Of a DNA stretch of 64,000 nt, positions 58,209-64,000 are shown in pieces (positions within the stretch are counted from its first letter, which is position 1; every line of letters begins with the position of its first letter). Position numbers and translations under genes: made by a program. Source of the DNA: an uncultured Solirubrobacterales bacterium (lineage in GTDB: Bacteria; Actinomycetota; Thermoleophilia; Solirubrobacterales; 70-9); contig CAVZVK010000005.1 in assembly GCA_963778715.1 (NCBI GenBank), forward strand, positions 2,698-66,697, given 5' to 3'. The notes under the pieces are model-generated. The model was given only the letters and a program-made list of their open reading frames with translations, ran no database searches and was not told the DNA's origin.

Positions 58209-59464
58209 CTAGGAGGCCTCGCCGGACTGGCGCAGCAGGACCGAGGTGGTCTGCTCGAGCACGCGGCGCCAGGCCGAGGCTCTGCTCGGGCTCCTCTTCG
58301 GCGGCCCGCTCGACCACGCGGCGGACGCGGCGCTCGGAGATCTCGAGGCCGTGGCGCTCGGCGATCTCCTTGTAGCGGTCGTAGTCCTGGGCCAGGGTCG
58401 CGGTGACCGATTCGAAGCCGTGGCGGGCGATTTTCAGCCGCCGCGAGTAGTCCATGATCGGCGTGCCGAACATCAGCTCGTCGTTGGGCTCGGGCTCGAC
58501 CAGGATGATGTCGACGCCCGGGTACTTCTCCTCCCACTGGGCGACCGCCTCGTGCAGGCGGGCGTGGGCGATCAGGCGGAAGGTCTGGTTGGCGATCGCC
58601 GGCAGGCCCATGTCGGAGACCCGCCGCACGCGGGTGCCGAAGACCGTCGGGATCGTCTTCTCGAAGTCGTTGACGAAGGGGACCAGCGGGTTGACGACGA
58701 CGATGAATTTGGCGCCCTTCTCGACCGCGATGTCGACGTTGGTGGTCGAGCGGATGCCGCCGTCGACCATCTGGCGGCCCTTGAGGTCGACCGGCTTGTA
58801 GACGATCGGCAGCGCGGTCGAGCACTGGACCGCCTTCGAGATCGGCACGTCGTTCCAGCCCTCCTCGCCGAAGACGATCCGCTCGCAGGTGTCGAGGTCG
58901 GTGGCGGCCAGGTAGAGCTCTTTGTCGAGCAGGCGGAAATCGTCGACGCGGCCGTCTTCGGCGAGCGCTTCGGCGACGTAGTCGGCGACGCCGCTGCCCG
59001 AGTAGAAGCCGGTCGGCAGCGCCTCGGCAAGGCCGACGCCGATGTCGATCGCCGAGAAATCGCCCATCCGCGCCAGGCTGCGCAGCAGCTCGAGCGATGC
59101 GCAGCGGCAGCATCGCCGCCTTCTGCAGGAAGCCGAGGTAGTTGGGCCGCAGCACCTTGCCGAGGTTGAGGTCCTCCAGCTCGGAGGGGATGCGGCGGTT
59201 GATCACCTGCATCATCTCGTCGGGCGTGACCCCGTTGGCCAGCATCGAGGCGACGAAGGAGCCGGCGCTGGTGCCGACGTAGACGTCGAAGTTGTTGACG
59301 GTGCTGTTGACCGCGAGCAGGTCGAGGGCGCGCAGGGCGCCGATCTCGTAGACCCCGCCGGTGAAGCCGCCGCCGCCGAGGACGAGGGCGGTCTTCGATG
59401 GGCGTTTGCGGCTGCGGCGCCGTCGCGGTTGCGACTCTATGTCCACAACTTTGCCCATAAACAT
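58209..59464 (-). pseudogene. patatin-like phospholipase, about 2 apparent frameshifts
   Basis: ALVLGGGGFTGGVYEIGAL and GTSAGSF (ORF 58172..59464). Then MVDGGIRSTTN and a long C-terminal part (ORF 58123..59067). A shifted tail ends ...VLLRQSGEAS with TAG at 58209..58211. Confidence 0.8.
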
Positions 59465-59479
59465 GCATTATCCCATTCA

Positions 59480-60739
59480 GTGAGGCGGACCCCGGCAATC
59501 TTTGCCGCGATTTGCGCGTTGCTTGCGTTCCTGCCTGGTCGCGACGGCCGCGCAGGCGGCTTCCCGCGAGGCGCTCTGCGCCAGCCTGCGTTCCCGGCTC
59601 GTGCGCGGTGGAGGCGGCGCCAGCGGCCTCTACGTGGTCGACGCCGAAACCGGCGCGCCGGTCTGCGCCCGCGCCGCCAGGACGACCGCGGCCGCTGGCT
59701 TCGAACATGAAGCTGTTCACGACCTCGACCGCGCTGGCGCGGCTGGGGACGCAGTCGCGGATCGCGACCGACGCTGATGACCGACGGCGGGATCGACCGC
59801 AACGGCGTCCTGCACGGCAGCCTCTACCTGGTCGGCGGCGGCGACCCGGCCCTCGGCACGCCCTCCTTCTACAGGCGCTTCCTCGGCGGCCTCGGCACCA
59901 ACGTCTTCCTGCTCAAGCGCGCAGGTCCGCGAAGCGGGGATCGCGCTCGGTCACCGGGCGCCTCTACGCCGACGACAGCATCTTCGACCGCCTGCGCGGG
60001 GTCGCCGACTCCGGCTACGCGACCAGCTCCGAAATCGGGCCGCTCTCCGGGCTCTCCTTCAACTCCGGCTACAGCACGCCAGCGCCAGCGGCTTCGCCAG
60101 CGACCCCGCCCTGACCGCGGCCAGCACGCTGGCGCCTCCCTGCGCCGGGCCGGCGTGCGGATCGCGCCCGACGGTCGCGCTCGGCACGGCCCCGCCCTTC
60201 AGCACCGAGCTGGCCCGGATCGAATCGCCGCCGCTGACCGAGATCGTCAACACCACCGACGTCTACTCGGACAACTTCTTCGCCGAGATGCTGATCAAGC
60301 TGCTCGGCGCGCGCTTCGGCGGCGCGGGCAGCACGGCCGCCGGGGCCAAGGTGGTCGAGAGCTTCGCCCGCGGCCACGACTCGGGCGTGCACGCCGTCGA
60401 CGGCTCCGGCCTGACCCGCTCCAACCGCGCCTCGCCGAAGCAGGTCGTCGGCCTGCTCGAGTCGATGCGCGAAACGGCCGGTAGGCGACGAATTCATCCA
60501 GGACCTGGCCCTGACCGGCCACGAGGGCACCGTCGCCGACCGCATGCACGGCACCGCCGCCTACGGCCGCTGCCGCACCAAGACCGGCACGATCAACTCG
60601 GTCAGCAACCTCTCCGGCTACTGCTTCAACCGCGACGGCAAGATCATGATCTTCTCGATCCTGATGGCCGGCGTCCGCGACCTCGGCCTCGCCCATCTGG
60701 AGCAGGACCTGATCGCCGCCGAAATCGCGATCTTACTGA
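59480..60739 (+). pseudogene. dacB: D-alanyl-D-alanine carboxypeptidase/endopeptidase (PBP4, peptidase S13), at least 5 apparent frameshifts
   Basis: Signal-like RRTPAIFAAICALLAFLP. SxxK in PLASNMKLFTTSTAL, SxN in VYSDNFFAEM, and CRTKTGTINSVSNLSGY, spread over five ORF fragments. A shifted frame ends IARSY with TGA at 60737..60739. Confidence 0.8.
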
Positions 60740-60929
60740 GAGTTCTTTTCTTCGCGGCGCGTCGCCCGCTCGTCAAGGACGGCGTAGACGGCCGACACCG
60801 ATGAGAAATCCGATCAGCCCGACCGCCTGAATGGCAGCTTCGCTCGAATCCTTGAAGAGGAGCACTCCGGCACCGATGATCAGCCGTGCCGACCGCAATT
60901 CCGATATTCGCGTATCGAATTCCGTTCAA
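60733..60929 (-). pseudogene. small two-TM hypothetical protein, about 2 apparent frameshifts
   Basis: ORF 60618..60929 start (NGIRYANIGIAVG) joins shifted frames LIIGAGVLLFKDSSEAAIQAVGLIGFLIGV and AVYAVLDERATRREEKNSQ. TAA at 60733..60735. Confidence 0.35.
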
Positions 60930-60962
60930 AGCCAGGCGCTCGATCTATACAGACAACTCATT

Positions 60963-61193
60963 TCATCCACCATAGCGCAGGATCAGGTCAATGACCGCAA
61001 CAACTGCCCCAACCATGCCACCGAGATAGCCGTCGGTAAGCGCCCGGCGCTCGATCCGCTGCCTCGGCCACCCAGCAGCGAGTCTGCCAACGCCGAGCGC
61101 GACGCCGCCGAGAACCACCCCCGCACCAACGGCCGCAGCGGCAGCCTCAAACATCATGGTCAAAGGGCCAATCTGGGCGAGCGCCATGTCCAT
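60963..61193 (-). CDS. small hydrophobic hypothetical protein (76 aa)
   Basis: ATG 61193 within ORF 60963..61487. MDMALAQIGPLTMMFEAAAAAVGAGVVLGGVALGVG...GGMVGAVVAVIDLIL. Confidence 0.45.
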   Translation of the reverse strand: MDMALAQIGPLTMMFEAAAAAVGAGVVLGGVALGVGRLAAGWPRQRIERRALTDGYLGGMVGAVVAVIDLILRYGG

Positions 61194-61293
61194 GAGCCTG
61201 CCAGAGCCCGATTCACGCGTGGCGCGCAGAATGTGCCGAAAGCGCAACTTCTCTGCAACCCGCCCCGTGACGCGGCACCTAGAATCGGTCGCC

Positions 61294-64000
<2,707 letters not shown>

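Overview
This is a high-GC chromosomal window of about 64 kb that looks Actinomycetota-like by gene content: deazaflavin/F420-type enzyme, ECF and SigB-type sigma factors, DsbA, biotin genes. That assignment is inference, not a search result. Most of the window is housekeeping or metabolic. It includes an acyl-CoA/beta-keto-acid cluster with two tandem acyl-CoA dehydrogenases, glpK-plsC, bioB-bioF-bioD and bioA, sodA, a SigB/RsbW/PP2C stress module, surE and ligA.

Two short, visibly AT-richer insertions stand out:
- Island 1 (14,631-18,731) sits in the 3' end of an acyl-CoA dehydrogenase gene and is bounded by a 32-bp direct repeat.
- Island 2 (52,562-55,233) abuts tRNA-Pro(CGG) and is bounded by a 16-bp repeat of the tRNA 3' end.
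- Neither island encodes a recognisable recombinase. Both carry toxin-antitoxin-type cargo.

The best candidate for an undescribed system is in island 1. It is a translationally coupled cassette of an XRE-type HTH protein, a small RuvC/RNase-H-like (apparently non-catalytic) protein and a Hanks-type Ser/Thr kinase. The gene order is like tripartite HipBST, but the kinase fold is unrelated.

Two other points matter for interpretation:
- A roughly 60-nt nested-hairpin element occurs twice, with a covarying inner stem.
- Many genes are broken by frameshifts, clustered in blocks that alternate with clean blocks. This looks like indel error in the assembly rather than gene decay. Many long ORFs in the supplied track are therefore chimeras or GC-frame artefacts.

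All calls come from reading motifs by eye. No searches or computations were run.
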